Part shown: piece after piece, positions 12,160 to 26,344 of the stretch
Layout: each line of letters starts with the position of its first letter
How positions within the stretch are numbered: position 1 is the first letter of the stretch
The notes under the pieces: generated by a model
Told to the model about the DNA's origin: nothing
Databases searched by the model: none
What the model saw: the letters and a program-made list of their open reading frames with translations, nothing else
Source: Octopus bimaculoides
Taxonomy: Eukaryota
Length of the DNA: 64,000 nucleotides
Assembly: GCF_001194135.2 (NCBI RefSeq)
Contig: NC_068991.1
Coordinates: 72,092,065-72,156,064 of the forward strand
Direction of reading: 5' to 3'
Translations under genes and position numbers: made by a program

Positions 12160-12224
12160 CTAGGAATGAAGAAAACATCATGTTTTAATTAATGTTATAA
12201 AATACATTCAATTCTATAATAGTG

Positions 12225-12260
<36 letters not shown>

Positions 12261-13704
12261 TTCACTGAAATAAACAGTTTGTCTTACAAATTATGAGATA
12301 TTCATTTAAAATCTCTGTGATTTCATAAGGGTTGAGACAAAGACTAGAACAAGACCTGGGATTAATCTCTTGTGGTTTGAGAAAGATGATTCTGCAAGTT
12401 CTTGCTGAACAAATCACACAAGTGATTTGTTCACAGTGATCAAATGTTTGTGCTGTACAGTAGGTCCCTCCCACCATCAAATCAATATTGCCTGAACAGG
12501 TGCACGGTGTACCACATGTCAGGTGTTGATGTGATTGTAGAGCAACATGAGACGAAGTGGTTTGCTCAAGAACACAACATCACCCAGTCCTGGGTGCAAA
12601 ACCCTAAACACTAGGCCATGTGTCCTTGACACAATAGGATCATACATTATTGAAAAGGTGCAATGTTTATTTAGAAGTTATACTGTTGAGCCCTGAGCCA
12701 ATTCTGAACCAGCAGACCTGGAATCAAAAGCATTGATTATAGTATTTTTTTCTTTTTACATTTATTCTTTTCATAAGCAGTCAACTACATAGTCCAATGT
12801 GTTCTTTACTATTAAGATGGAAGAATAAAATTTTGAGAGAAATTTAGCTACTATTTTTAGTAAGTCAAGCAATTAAATGGAAGATCTCTTATTGGTATGT
12901 AAGTTTTGCTTATTGCAGTATAGTTAGAGAATTGTTAGAATACAAGATTCTTAGTCTATAGGAAGCTAATTATGTAAACCAGTCAGGAGCAACGTGTTGC
13001 CTCTTAAAACAATGTACATCCTTGATTAGCTTCAAATCTACCTTATATGTAAGACAAACCTATCTAATGTTATTGTAGAACATGTCCTACAACCAGATGC
13101 TTTTCTTGCTATCAACCCATACTTGTTTATCCAGCAGGGTAGTTTTGCATTCTACCAGTCACCACATGTCTGATGAATTGCAGAGCATTTATTCCATTCA
13201 GAAAGTAGACAATGTTACTTGCTTTCACACTGAACTGATATGCGCACACAGACACACAGGCACACACATACAGAATGGGCTTTCTTACAATTTCTGTCAA
13301 AAAAACTTTCGTTCACAAGGCATTAGTTGATCTGAAGATATTTCAGCCCATAAGGTCATGTAGTATGACCAACCTGAAACCACATGGATTAATACAAGCT
13401 TTGTAACCTCAAAAATGTGCCTGTGCCTATCACAATCAGACCAGCACCTATACATCCTCCTCCTCCTTTTTGATGTCTGTCCTCTATGCTTAGATGGATT
13501 GTATGGCTTGATAGAATCAGATGGTTCAAAAGACTGCATCACACTCCAGTGTTTGTTTTTGCATCATTTCTACAGCTAGATGCTGTCCCTAATAATGCCA
13601 ACTGCTTTACAGTTTGTACTGGAGGAAGAGAGGCAGCTTTACGTAAGATGGTGAAAAGTTTGAGCATCAAGGAAGAGGCCCAGAACAGGTTATTTGCTGT
13701 AGAG

Positions 13705-14424
13705 TAGGGGTTCTCAACCATTAAAAAAAATCTATGAACCCCTATGATTACTATTTTACTTGTTTCAGTCATTTGACTGTGGTCATGCTGGAGCACCGCT
13801 TTTAGTCGAGCAAATCAACCCCAGGACTTATTCTTTGTAAGCCTAGTACTTATTCTATCGGTCTCTTTTTGCCGAACCGCTAAGTTACGGGGACGTAAAC
13901 ACACCAGCATCGGTTGTCAAGCGATGTAGGGGGACAAACACAGACACAAAAACATATATACACACATACATATATACGACAGGCTTCTTTCAGTTTCTGT
14001 CTACAAAATCCACTCACAAGGCTTTGGTCGACCCGAGGCTATAGAAGACACTTGCCCAAGGTGCCACGCAGTGGGACTGAACCCAGAACCATGTGGTCCG
14101 TAAGCAAGCTACTTAACACACAGCCACTCCTACGCTCTATGATTACTATTTTATTCTGATGTACCCCCACCCCCCACCCATAGCCATTCGATGTTTAAAA
14201 ACTAGTTCTAAAGACTTTTTTCAAAAGTCCTATTTTGTTATTCACACAATCTGTTGAATACGTGAAATGTTAGAGAGAGAAACCAAGCTGCTTCTTGAAA
14301 TACAGACCAATACATACATTTAAAGCAAAACCTTTTTTAGGGGCCCTTCAAATATTATTGTGGCCCCCTAATTTTGATGTGTGGCCTCCAAAAATCTTAC
14401 ATGGACCCCAATTGAGAAGCCCTG
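13705..14424. mobile_element. hAT-family MITE interrupted by the SINE
   Basis: TIRs (t/c)aggggttctcaacc and aattgagaagccctg. A perfect 8-bp TSD ctgtagag lies at 13697-13704 and 14425-14432. Confidence 0.9.
13759..14136 (-). mobile_element. Full-length tRNA-derived SINE (CORE-like family 1) with 17-bp TSD
   Basis: On the minus strand the head is gcgtaggagtggctgtgtg (A box), then ggttcagtccc (B box) and gcaccttgggcaagtgtcttct. It is flanked by ctatgattactatttta at 13742-13758 and 14137-14153. Confidence 0.92.
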
Positions 14425-15656
14425 CTGTAGAGGAAGGAGATACATGTTTGTTCACATTATGCAAGAGTGGATAGGAGTAACCAGCCTGGAACTGGAAACA
14501 TATAAAGAGCAAATATCTTTTTTTAAAATGTTTATTTCTAAAGACAGTTAATAACCTGAAAACTTATAATATTTGTTAACCAATGTCAGGTTACTGAACG
14601 AAAACAGTAATTTCTCGGAAAACATGACAGACCACTGTGTAATAATAGCCTTCATTGATACATAGTTGACCAGCTGTGTCTTCAAACTATTCACTTTGTG
14701 GTTCTGGCAAGACATCAGCTTCTGGTAAGAATAATGAGAGACGGTTATGAGTCTATGCAAACAATATCTTGCACAAAAACCAAATATAATAGGGGGAAAA
14801 AAAAAGCATTGTTGATCTAACCTAGAATTCTGTCGGCTTTGGTAGATTATTGTTATGACTAGTGTATATAATCGAACAGGGTATTGAAAGTGAATTATAT
14901 ATTGTGCTCTATACGTGCAATTGAAATTCATCGCTCAACAGTCTATTATGACAATGTGCATAATATTTATAATGTATATATGAGGTCGAAACACTGTCCG
15001 ACTATACATGAATGACCTTCTGAATAAGCGCATGTAGGGGCTCGATATATTTATAACAACACTGTCCAGTGTGTCCTTCTTTTAACAAGGTGGTGAAATA
15101 TAGGCAGAATGAGATTAGGTTGCTATTTCTAGCACACTGAACAACTATGTAGTGGCTGTTGTTTAACCACAAATCAACGCTGATTCACCAGACCTATGAT
15201 AAAAAGTATTCTAGCCATGACCATCCCAACTTTTGTATATTTATGACTACATTGTCTAATGTGTCCTTTTTACAAAACAGCAGTTTCCTTCATTGATTTG
15301 CAGTTAGTTCCTAGAATTCAAAGTATTTTGTGTACAAACATAAACAGAAACAATAAATCCTACAGATACGATTAGCTCACTGAGTATTTGTCTTTATTCA
15401 TGTATTGATTTCAGTCACTGGACTGCAGCCATACTGGAGCACTGGCTTGAACGTTTTTTTTTATTATAAAAATCACAGTACAATGTCTGGCAGTTATTTC
15501 ATTGTTCTTATAAGATATGACAAATAAAGCCAAATTTCACCTAAGGGGAGATGATTCAATCAGACTTAAGCACCACAGAGCATTTCTATTGAAATGCACC
15601 AGTTTTTACATCACACTGATACAAAACATATGACAATACAATGGGATTTCACAGTT

Positions 15657-15821
15657 TCATCACCATTTAACGTCCGCTTTCCATGCTAGCATGGGTTGGA
15701 CGATTTGACTGAGGACTGATGAACCAGATGGCTACACCAGGCTCCAATCTGATTTGACAGAGTTTCTACAGCTGGATGCCCTTCCTAATGCCAACCACTC
15801 TGAAAGTGTAGTGGGTGCTTT
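15657..15821 (-). mobile_element. RTE family A 3' tail copy
   Basis: Reverse complement of the 8384 copy with about 7 mismatches over about 130 bp (counted by eye). Confidence 0.88.
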
Positions 15822-17009
15822 TGGGTTCTTTGATATAGTGAGATTTGATAGTAAAGGTAAAGGTAAAGACAGAAAATTATTTCTAAGGATTCTTCAAGCA
15901 ACTGCAAATGGAATCCTTGGCACATCAACTTAGGCAAGAACTCAATTTCATGTTGTGTCTCAATCAATAGCATTGAGGTAGTTGAGAGGCCTTCATCCTC
16001 TATTAAGGTGATCAGTCTCAAACATATAACAGCTGAATTCACAAGATGAAAAAATTCTAAGCATAATGGATGTACCTCGTACAACATTTGACAATGTGTC
16101 CCTTTTTTCTTTCCTTTTAAGGCAGTAGGGTTGGCTGCTATTTCTAGCAAGATGAATGACCACACAGCTTACAGTTTTTAGTGGTCTTAGTTGCTATGCA
16201 ATAAATCCCATGATGATAAAATACGATGCTTTTGTTAAGTGCTCCTTCTTACATAGTTTTATTGCTAAACATTTTCTTGACCAATATCAAGGTAGGGCGG
16301 TAGTCAATAAGATGGATGAGATCAAAGTAAGGTAAAACATGAAACAGCTGTGTAATTTTCTGTGCCGATACACAGCAACATCGTTATCAGATCAATTACT
16401 GTTTTTAGCGTATCAACTGGAATCTGATTGAACAGAGAACTAGATAAACACACACACACACAGACATCAAAGGAATTAGTATATTGAAGATGTGACATCA
16501 ATTTATTCATCTGAAAGTAAAGAAACAGATCAGAACACTTAGCTGACTTCAGCTTGCTGTGCTTGATGCCCTACAAAGTGGCTCAACCTGCTGGAAATAG
16601 CAACTAAGTCGCCATCAAATCTCACTGTACCAAAGAAACCTTTTAGCATTTCAACTGGATGTGTCTGGTCCTAATATTCAACCTGTTTGTGTTGAAACTG
16701 GCCACATCTGGTTTCTCGCATGTACCCTACACTGCTTGCATAACACAGACATTTGATTATAACTATCCCTTCATGTCAAGACAAGGAGAGAGCAACAAAC
16801 AACCACAACAAAAAACAATACACACACACTGAGAAGTTTCTTTCAGTCTCCATCTACCCTAAATTCACTCACATGGCTTTTGTTGGCCTGAGGTTATAGT
16901 AAAAGCCACTTGCCCAAGGTGCTATACAGTAAGACTGAACCCAAAGCCATGTGGTCCGTAAACAGACTTCTTATCAGACAGCTACTCCTGTACTTTCACA
17001 CACACACAT

Positions 17010-17330
17010 CTATGGCTGAGTGGTTAGGCTATTAGGATCATGAGCATATGGTCGAGGGTTCAATCCCTGGTTCAAATGACACACTGTTTCCTTCAGTAAG
17101 GCACTTCATTTCATGCTGCTTTAGTTTATCAAGCTAAAAATGAGTACCGGCCAGAGAACCATTGCCGACTAGTGTAACCTTCCCTCTAATGTCCCATCAT
17201 GGATATTCTGCTGGGTTAGAGTAGGAATGACTTGCGGGCTTGTTTGTGCCTGCTTGCGACTTACATAGCTGCCTAAAACATACAGTCCTGCTAAAACAAT
17301 TAGCTAAGACCGTATGAATACAGTTGATTA
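17010..17330 (+). mobile_element. tRNA-derived SINE, third family (single copy seen)
   Basis: A box tggctgagtgg and B box ggttcaatccc, followed by tccttcagtaaggcactt and aaaaatgagtacc. There is no tRNA cloverleaf or 3' acceptor stem. Confidence 0.65.
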
Positions 17331-18308
17331 ACAGAGGGAAACCAGAAAACAAAAATAAGCTTATTTTGAGAATATTCATGTGAGTGATTCAACCCAGTAA
17401 ATCTGTTCCAATTCAGTAAATTCACTAAACTGCTTTTGTGCACATAGTCTTTTGTTATAGTTCTTTGTTTGTATACATAGTCTTACATATTTTTGATAAG
17501 ATCAGGACCGAGTTTTTTTTTCCTTTTTTGTTGTGCTGGTTTTGTTTTTTTATACAGTCAATTTTCATCATATTTCATTAGCACTGATTGAATACACAAC
17601 TTGATAGGTGCTCTGAGATTGTGACAAGCACCCATCCATATTTTGGCTAGACTTTCTCAACAGCTCCTTTAACAAGGTAAATGCTTTAGAAACTTGGGTT
17701 TGAGAGATAATGTATTTGTAAATATTCAAGTTAAAGAGCTTATTAATACACACCCACCCACGCACACACAAATATATAGTTCAAAAATAAAGAAAACAAA
17801 AAGATCTGAAGAAAGAACAAGAAATAGAGTGTATTTGGTTCATGCTCAGGAAAAATGCAAGAGAGCTTTAATGTTCCGTGCCTACATTTCTATAGAAAGG
17901 ATAGACGGAGGAAAGACATATCTATTATATAAAATAGCCGTGTGTGTGTGTGTGTGTGTGTGCATGTAGTTTTCATGCAAGTATAGCTGTGTGGATTGGT
18001 TCCATACTTGGGGTGCATGAATAAGTTGACCTCAGATGCATAATAAGGTCATCATTTATTATTATTTTTTTTATTAAAACTAAATTAAATAAATAATATT
18101 GCTTTATGGCATGTAAAAAGTACTATCCAAATGTGGCGGTCATTCTAATAGCTATAAACAGTCAATTACACAGTAATTTCCCTTTGTTTTAACGGTCATT
18201 TCCATAGCATTTTTTCCGATGGCCCGATAACTGAAGGGATGCCAGCATGGGTTTCCGCCCCGACATCCGAAACTCAGAGTTTTATCATGGCTACCGAATA
18301 ATTGTCAC

Positions 18309-18354
<46 letters not shown>

Positions 18355-18558
18355 ACAATTAAGATTCAGTTGGATTAGGTACTTAAATTGAGGTACCTTG
18401 TTAGGTCTGAGTAACAAGCATACTACTTTATGTTTGAAGATAATACATTCATCTGACGGAAACGGTTTCTTACCAATGATGTAATGTTCTCATTAATCAA
18501 TTAAAAGAGTCATTAGAAACAGTCGCAATGAACTGACACTTGTATCTCTTTGTTATAC

Positions 18559-18712
18559 ATCATCATCATCATCATCGTTTAACGTCCGCTTTCCATGCTA
18601 GCATGGGTTGGACGATTTGACTGAGGACTGGTGCAACCGGATGGCTACACCAGGCTCCAATCTAATTTGGCAGAGTTTCTACAGCTGGATGCCCTTCCTA
18701 ACACCAACCACT
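18559..18712 (-). mobile_element. RTE family A 3' tail copy
   Basis: (CAT)n-cgtttaacgtccgctttccatgctagcatgggttggacg on +. Confidence 0.85.
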
Positions 18713-21700
18713 AATGGCTGCTTTGTGAAACGAGTCATTATTAATGCAATGTGAGGCCCTTATATGACTCTTGAGCCCTGCCAAAGATATGCACATTTTA
18801 TCCCTACAGTTTCAAAATAAGGTGATTAAAATCAAAATAAGCAACAAGATATCCAGAGGTAATGCAGTACGATCGTTTCAAGCAACTCCATTTAATTGAA
18901 CAATGTAACCATTACAACAATTTAAATGCAGAGAAATCCTCAGCTGCATAAATACATAGAATTAAATTAAATTAAAACAGATGCACACATTAGTATAATT
19001 TTACCTAAAACCTCCAAGAAGGTTAGGTGATAGACAAAGATTATGCTGTCTTCACTTCAGCATAGAAGCTACTCTATATATGTATATGTATGTATATGAA
19101 ACAAAATTTCAGTGTATAAACTTACAACGATTAATTGAAAGTTGTTAGTAGTGCTAGGAGATAAGCAACACCCTCAGAGTTTTGAGAACAATTAATCCAC
19201 AAAATCATCATTTCTCAGACTGTTGAGATCATCTTTCAACACACACACATCTACAAGGCACAGACATTGATGTGTGGCATCTTGCACACGTGTCTTCTAC
19301 TAGTCTTGAGTTGAAGTGCATGCATGCATATACACATATACAGACATACATACATACACATGCAGACAAAACTAGGAATCATTATTTTTAAACTCGGGGT
19401 AATCCTATTCTTGTCAATTAGGCTACTAAAGTATGTAATCTAAGAACAAGACACCTGGTAATGGTGACTGAAGATCAACGTGAATGAAATGTAAAGAGAA
19501 ACACTCTCATCCCGAAAAATGGAGATTAACAGTCTGAAAAATTACTATCTCTTACTGCCAACACTCAACTCTGATGTTGAGACAACATCCTTATTTCCTA
19601 TTATTAACAGTGGCTCTGAGCAAATTCTCACTTGTTACAAGCCCTTCTAAACTAGTCCTAAACGGAAGAAATTCACTGAGTAAAGCCATCTGTACTGTTA
19701 TATCATCATCAACATTATTGCTATTATTATTATTGAGAGCTAAAGAAAACAAACATCAAGACTCCTATGTGTATCTTTCTAAGAAAGAAACCGTTTGCAG
19801 ATGTTCGTTTCACAAGTAGATGACAAAGACTTGATTACTAACGTTTCAAACACAGTCTAACTGCGTAAGGAATCTGTAGGCATATACATATACATATATA
19901 TATATATATANNNNNNNNNNNNNNNNNNNNNNNNNNNNNNNNNNNNNNNNNNNNNNNNNNNNNNNNNNNNNNNNNNNNNNNNNNNNNNNNNNNNNNNNNN
20001 NNNNNNNNNNNNNNNNNNNNNNNNNNNNNNNNNNNNNNNNNNNNNNNNNNNNNNNNNNNNNNNNNNNNNNNNNNNNNNNNNNNNNNNNNNNNNNNNNNNN
20101 NNNNNNNNNNNNNNNNNNNNNNNNNNNNNNNNNNNNNNNNNNNNNNNNNNNNNNNNNNNNNNNNNNNNNNNNNNNNNNNNNNNNNNNNNNNNNNNNNNNN
20201 NNNNNNNNNNNNNNNNNNNNNNNNNNNNNNNNNNNNNNNNNNNNNNNNNNNNNNNNNNNNNNNNNNNNNNNNNNNNNNNNNNNNNNNNNNNNNNNNNNNN
20301 NNNNNNNNNNNNNNNNNNNNNNNNNNNNNNNCAAAAAAAAAACACTGAATACACTCTGTAAAACTCAGGAAAAGCATCCAGCTGTAGAGACCATGCCAAA
20401 GCAGACGCTACAGCATGATGCAGTCCTCAGCCTTGTTGGATCCTGTCAAACTACCTAACCTATGCCAGCACAGAAGATGAGACGTTAAAGGATAAGAATG
20501 ACTATATAATAAATATCATGCGAGTGTTATGATAAAATGCACTGAGTCCCCCATAGGATGGCAGAAACCATCAATTGGCAGAAATAGTTTTTGGGATGGG
20601 GTCTTAGCTAAGCTAATGATGTGTTTTCACCAGTAGAGATTCTTGGTGATGACATGAGGGCCAGTATTTGGAGTGACTGTGAAGTCTCTAGCTATCACTG
20701 ACATCTACAGGTAGGTAGGCAAGGTAATATTTTCATGATGAATAGTACTTGAAATTTTTTTTTTTTTTAATTGTTAAAAGAAACAAGATTAGTAAGGCTC
20801 TAATGAAGGATGCTCTCAAGGTCACAATTTATGGAAATCAATTCAAGTTTGACATACAGGGACTAGATTGCATGTAGATGATGCACGGTTGGGGAAAGTC
20901 GGAGAGGAATAGTAAATAAGTAAGAGTGTTGTTGATGGGCGTGGTAACAAAAACAAAAAAAAAAGAGAAACAAATAAGAAACAGCAAATATTCTGTTTAA
21001 AAATGCAAGGAAATAATAAAAGGAAACAAAGGCTATGCTAGCAAATAATAGACTCATCTCATTTAGTGAATGTAAGTTCCAAAATATTGCCAAAAGTCTT
21101 AATGTAAAAGTTCAATGAATATGAGCAATTTGTTAGAAAGCAAACCAGTTTGACTTCTCGAGAAACAGATTGAGTAAAGATACAGTTTTTATCAAACACA
21201 AAGTAATTGAAATACAAAAATACATAGAACTGGCTTTAGAGAAAAGACGGAAAACAAACAAAACATCAATACTATCAATTGACTCATTCTGGGTTTTGAA
21301 ATAAGACTAACAACATCTAAAATCATTACTCTACTTAAAACCTCATGAACATTTATGAATGCCAGCAAAAATGCATTCTGCTGACCAGTTCCTGTTGAAC
21401 AGTGAATTTCGTAAGGACAATCAATAGTAATATAATCTTTGTCCTACATTAGAGCTAAACATAAAACTTCTAACATTGCTAATTAATAATTCAACGTTAT
21501 TCATAAATAGTAAACTTCAATAGCAAAATGTGAATTCTTTTGAATTTAGAGAGAAAACTAAAATTAATTCCTGGATTCACATCTAAGTTTTGCTCTCCCC
21601 AATCCTTTTTCCTTTCCTTTTTTAAGGTCGAAGGGAAGATAACTGGGTGTTTAAATACGACTTGTTAAAAACCTAAACAGCTGTGGCTGTGTGGTAAGAA

Positions 21701-24006
21701 ATTTGTTTCCCAACCACATGGTTCCAAGTTCAGTCCCACTACATGGCACTTTGGGCCAAGTGAATCAGGTAGATGAAAACTGAAAGAAGCTCGTCATATA
21801 TATATATATATNNNNNNNNNNNNNNNNNNNNNNNNNNNNNNNNNNNNNNNNNNNNNNNNNNNNNNNNNNNNNNNNNNNNNNNNNNNNNNNNNNNNNNNNN
21901 NNNNNNNNNNNNNNNNNNNNNNNNNNNNNNNNNNNNNNNNNNNNNNNNNNNNNNNNNNNNNNNNNNNNNNNNNNNNNNNNNNNNNNNNNNNNNNNNNNNN
22001 NNNNNNNNNNNNNNNNNNNNNNNNNNNNNNNNNNNNNNNNNNNNNNNNNNNNNNNNNNNNNNNNNNNNNNNNNNNNNNNNNNNNNNNNNNNNNNNNNNNN
22101 NNNNNNNNNNNNNNNNNNNNNNNNNNNNNNNNNNNNNNNNNNNNNNNNNNNNNNNNNNNNNNNNNNNNNNNNNNNNNNNNNNNAGAGAGAGAGAGAGGGA
22201 GGGAGGGAGAGAGAGATAATCATATGGATTATTCAATACAATATGCAATATTTAGTCTGTTAATGATTATTGGGTTGTTTTTTAACTTAGGACAATTACT
22301 TGAATGTTTTCATTTTCAAGACACACAAAGTAGCTTATTGAAAATAAATACATTGCGAGAAGATAATGGCTAGGACAGGATCTAGTAGTATTTGGAAAGC
22401 AAAAAATTTAGTGCATTTCCATATTTTCTTCTGTTTCCATACAGAGTAATCAACAATATTAGAGATATGCTCTTAACACTAGCCAGTCCAGTTTTGTAAT
22501 TGGTTCCTATAACAAGGTGAGCAACTTCATTAAGACTAACATTTCATCTGGTTATGTTGTCATTAAGTTGGGAAATGTGTATCTTTCACATAGTTACTTG
22601 GGCATTTAGATAAGTTAATGCACGAAGCAGAGGGTAGTGTACCAATGAAGGGCATTATGGATGGGTTTTGCAAGTGGATTTAGAAGTAAATTAGATGGTG
22701 AAATGCTGCCCTGGATATCGAGAATAGTGTTGATTTGGTGGAGTGAGGTGAGGTGAGAACAGAAAGAAAGAAAAAGATTGAATTAATAAATTTGGAACCA
22801 AAACCACTTGATAAAAGAGCAGATTGCCTAATCATAGTGAAGAAATACTGATGAAAATTATCTGTTATCCTTGCAATATAATACTCTTCTATAAGATGTT
22901 TTTTTTTTATTGCCCCAGATTGGCCAAAGCCTTGTGACTGGACTTGATAGATGGAAACTGAAAGAAGCCCATTGTATATGAGTGTGTGTCCTTATGCTTG
23001 CCTCCTCCCTAGCACTGCTCGATGACCAGTGTTGGTTTGTTCACATCACCATGAGTTAAGAGTTTCGGCAAAAGAGATCGATAGAATAAGTATGAGACCA
23101 TTTTTTCTAAAGGTCTCAAGTAAGTACTGGAGTTGATTTGTTTGACTAAACCTTTAAAGACAGCAGCCCCAGCATGGCCACATTCCAATGATTGAAACAA
23201 GTGAAAGACAGAAGATATACTAAGGAGAGTTATATCTATTAGGTGATTTTTATTAACTGAACAAAATGACCCATTATATTAAGATGGAAAAAAAAATGTT
23301 ATAAACAAATATTATTACTATATTATAAAAACAGACAAAGCAATAATGAATACCTATAATATTTTAGGGAAAATATTAAACATCAGAAAGTGAGATATTG
23401 AATGAAAAAAACATTTTCAGTTCTTTTACCAGCTTCCCCTTCTGTTTAAACTGGTAGGAATTGTTATAGACCTCGTCATAAAATAATTTTTAGAATTCTA
23501 TAAAAACTTATTTTGTATACTATTAAATCTATATTGTAATTCCAATAATGTAACATAACCAACTAGTGTTGTTAATAATACAGACAAATATGACTATCTT
23601 AAATGTATTGAAAATGATGATAAAACACAGTAAAAATATAGAAAATGAAGTTAATTTTTTTTATATATTTACATATTGTAGTAGACTTTGCATAGTACAA
23701 TCTTAAATTCTTTTTTTTTAAATTGCTTTTCATTCAATATTTGCATTAACAGCATACAAAGTGAAAACAGCCAATTCTAGAGAAATGTTCACACGGCAAT
23801 GCTGATGCCATTTAATTTAATAATAGACTTTTAGTGAAAATTTTCTTCTCAAACAGATTTCCTTGTTTGCACATATTTTCTATATGCAGTTCCAAATTAT
23901 TCTTGCTTCTAGTTATACAGACTACCAACCAGAGTTGTCCTCCAGAATAGACAGGAAAAATAAAATTCGTCTTGTCAAAAGAGATATTTTTCAGAGAAAT
24001 TACATA

Positions 24007-24468
24007 TAGGCGTAGGAGTGGCTGTGTGGTAAGTAGCTTGCTTACGAACCTCATGGTTCCGGGTTCAGTCCCACTGCGTGGCACCTTGGACAAGTGTCTT
24101 CTACTATAGCCTCGGGCCGACCAATGCCTTGCGAGTGGATTTGGTAGACGGATACTGAAAAAAGCCCGTCGTATATGTGTATATATATATATATGTATGT
24201 GTGTGTGTATATGTTTGTGTGTCTGTGTTTGTCCCCACAACATCACTTGACAACTGATGCTGGTGTGTTTATGTCCCCATAACTTAGCGGTTCGGCAAAA
24301 GAGACCTATAGAATAAGTACTNNNNNNNNNNTAACTTAGCGGTTCGGCAAAAGAGACCTATAGAATAAGTACTAGGCTTCCAAAGAGTAAGTCCTGGGTT
24401 CAATTTGCTCGACTAAAGGCGGTGCTCCAGCATGGCCACAGTCAAATGACTGAAACAAGTAAAAGAGT
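24007..24468 (+). mobile_element. Young SINE family 1 copy (10-N gap with duplicated overlap inside)
   Basis: Head ggcgtaggagtggctgtgtggtaagtagc, B box ggttcagtccc, a central TA/TG microsatellite and tail aaacaagtaaaagagta. A second partial copy follows at 24472-24640. Confidence 0.9.
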
Positions 24469-24847
24469 ATACAGCACAAACGTAGCTGTGTGCTTAAGAA
24501 GTTCACTTCTAAACCACAAGGTTCCGGGTTCAGTCCCACTGTGTGGTAACATGGGCAAGTGTCTTCTACTATAGCCCTAGGCCAACCAAAGCCTTGTAAG
24601 TGGAATTAATAGATGGAAACTAAAAGAAGCCCATCATGTGTGTGCATTGTGTAATCGTACAAAAATGGGTGTACCTTCATATAATCAGCCATTTGTTTCC
24701 AATTTTTCATGAAAACATATCAAGTCAAGAGGAAAGTCTCACCTTGCTTGGAAACAAGTGAGGGTTGGCAACAAGGAAGGTATCGAGCACATAGAAAATG
24801 AGCCTGAACAAATTCCATCTGATCCATGGAAGCATGGAAAAGTGATG

Positions 24848-24881
<34 letters not shown>

Positions 24882-25239
24882 TCTAGTCAGAACATAACTC
24901 TTATTCAGAACAGCTAATCAACCAAATCTTCTTTCTGTCAAATTATGACAGAAAAATTCAAACGATCTTAATTTGGTTATGTGCTGTGTTTATTAAATAT
25001 TTATATACAAAAAAGTTTTGCACAAACATAGATGTTGATAATTACTGAAAACATTATTGATGTTGATTAACTAAATGTTCTAGCAACTCACATTACTTCC
25101 CCATTGAATTTTCATGCAGAAACCTTTCTGTAAACATAAATGTTTGAAATGATTTGGGACATTATTGATATCTGTCCACTAATTCTCTCAGCAACATTAG
25201 TTATTTTTCAGAAAAATTCACAATATTTGTAACTATCAT

Positions 25240-25537
25240 CCGAACGTGGTCAATGCCAGGTCTGCCTCACTGGCTCCCTGTGCCAGTGGCACGTAAAAAT
25301 CCCCATCCAAACATGGTCAATGCCAGGTCTGCCTGACTGGCTCCTGTGCCAGTGGCATGTAAAAGGTACCCACTACACTCTCAGTGTGGTTGGCATTAGG
25401 AAGGGCATCCAGATGTTGAAACACTGCCAGATCAGATTGGAGCCTGGTGCAGCCTACTGGCTTGCTAGTCCTCAGTCAAACCATCCAACCCATGCCAGCA
25501 TGGATAACGGATGTCAAACGATGATGATGATGATGGT
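25240..25537 (+). mobile_element. RTE family A 3' UTR copy with two tandem hairpin-containing units
   Basis: Two ~65-bp units (aacgtggtcaatgccaggtctgcc...gccagtggca) precede the standard tail and (GAT)n. Confidence 0.85.
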
Positions 25538-26344
25538 AATGTATTATATACAAATTCAAAGTCAGGATGCAATGTCAATTTTATTGGAGTTACCTTCCTT
25601 CGCAAGACAGACTGTCAGTCTCTCTCTCTATCTCTCTCTCTCTCTCTNNNNNNNNNNNNNNNNNNNNNNNNNNNNNNNNNNNNNNNNNNNNNNNNNNNNN
25701 NNNNNNNNNNNNNNNNNNNNNTATATATATATATATATATGTAAACACACCCTGACAGTTATTATATTATTGTCATGTGGCCGTTTAGTAAGAAGTTTGC
25801 TTCCCATCTATATGGTTTTGGGTTCAATTCCACAGTATAATCAACTATAGCCTCATGGAAACTGATGGAAGCTCATTGTGTGTGTTTCACTATCTCCTTG
25901 CCTTGACTTGATATGACTGTGATGGTGATTCAATTACAAATATGAATTTTATAATAATTAGTTTTGAACTAAATGAGTTTTGGAGTTCTCTCAGTAAATT
26001 AACGACTGCGTATATCATATTACCAGAGACTGACACAGAATTTTGCTAGGGGACTTTGATGTTTTGCCAGATCCTGCTCTCAACAAAATATTTTTCAGTC
26101 AATAATTGGTAATTTTCCATCATATCCAAAGATACTCAGAAAATGGAGTTAAATAATAAATTCAATTTAATAGCTTTACATTAGCAAGAGAGAAAATTGC
26201 ATAATATATAAACAGATCAACTATCAAAGCTGTACTACATCATAGAGAAAAAAATATTAGCCAAACTCATAACCTTCAATTTGGTTTTCATGCCTATCAT
26301 GAATGTTGGATAACGAATGCCCCAAAAAGTACGATCATGAATAC

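Noticed and set aside
14930-15060. gaggtcgaaacactgtccgac resembling the hammerhead GAAAC half
   Set aside because: No upstream CTGANGA at a workable distance and no consistent stems.
24007-24090. tRNA-like A and B boxes (many copies)
   Set aside because: No cloverleaf or acceptor stem, and the sequence continues into a SINE body, so these are SINE heads and not tRNA genes.
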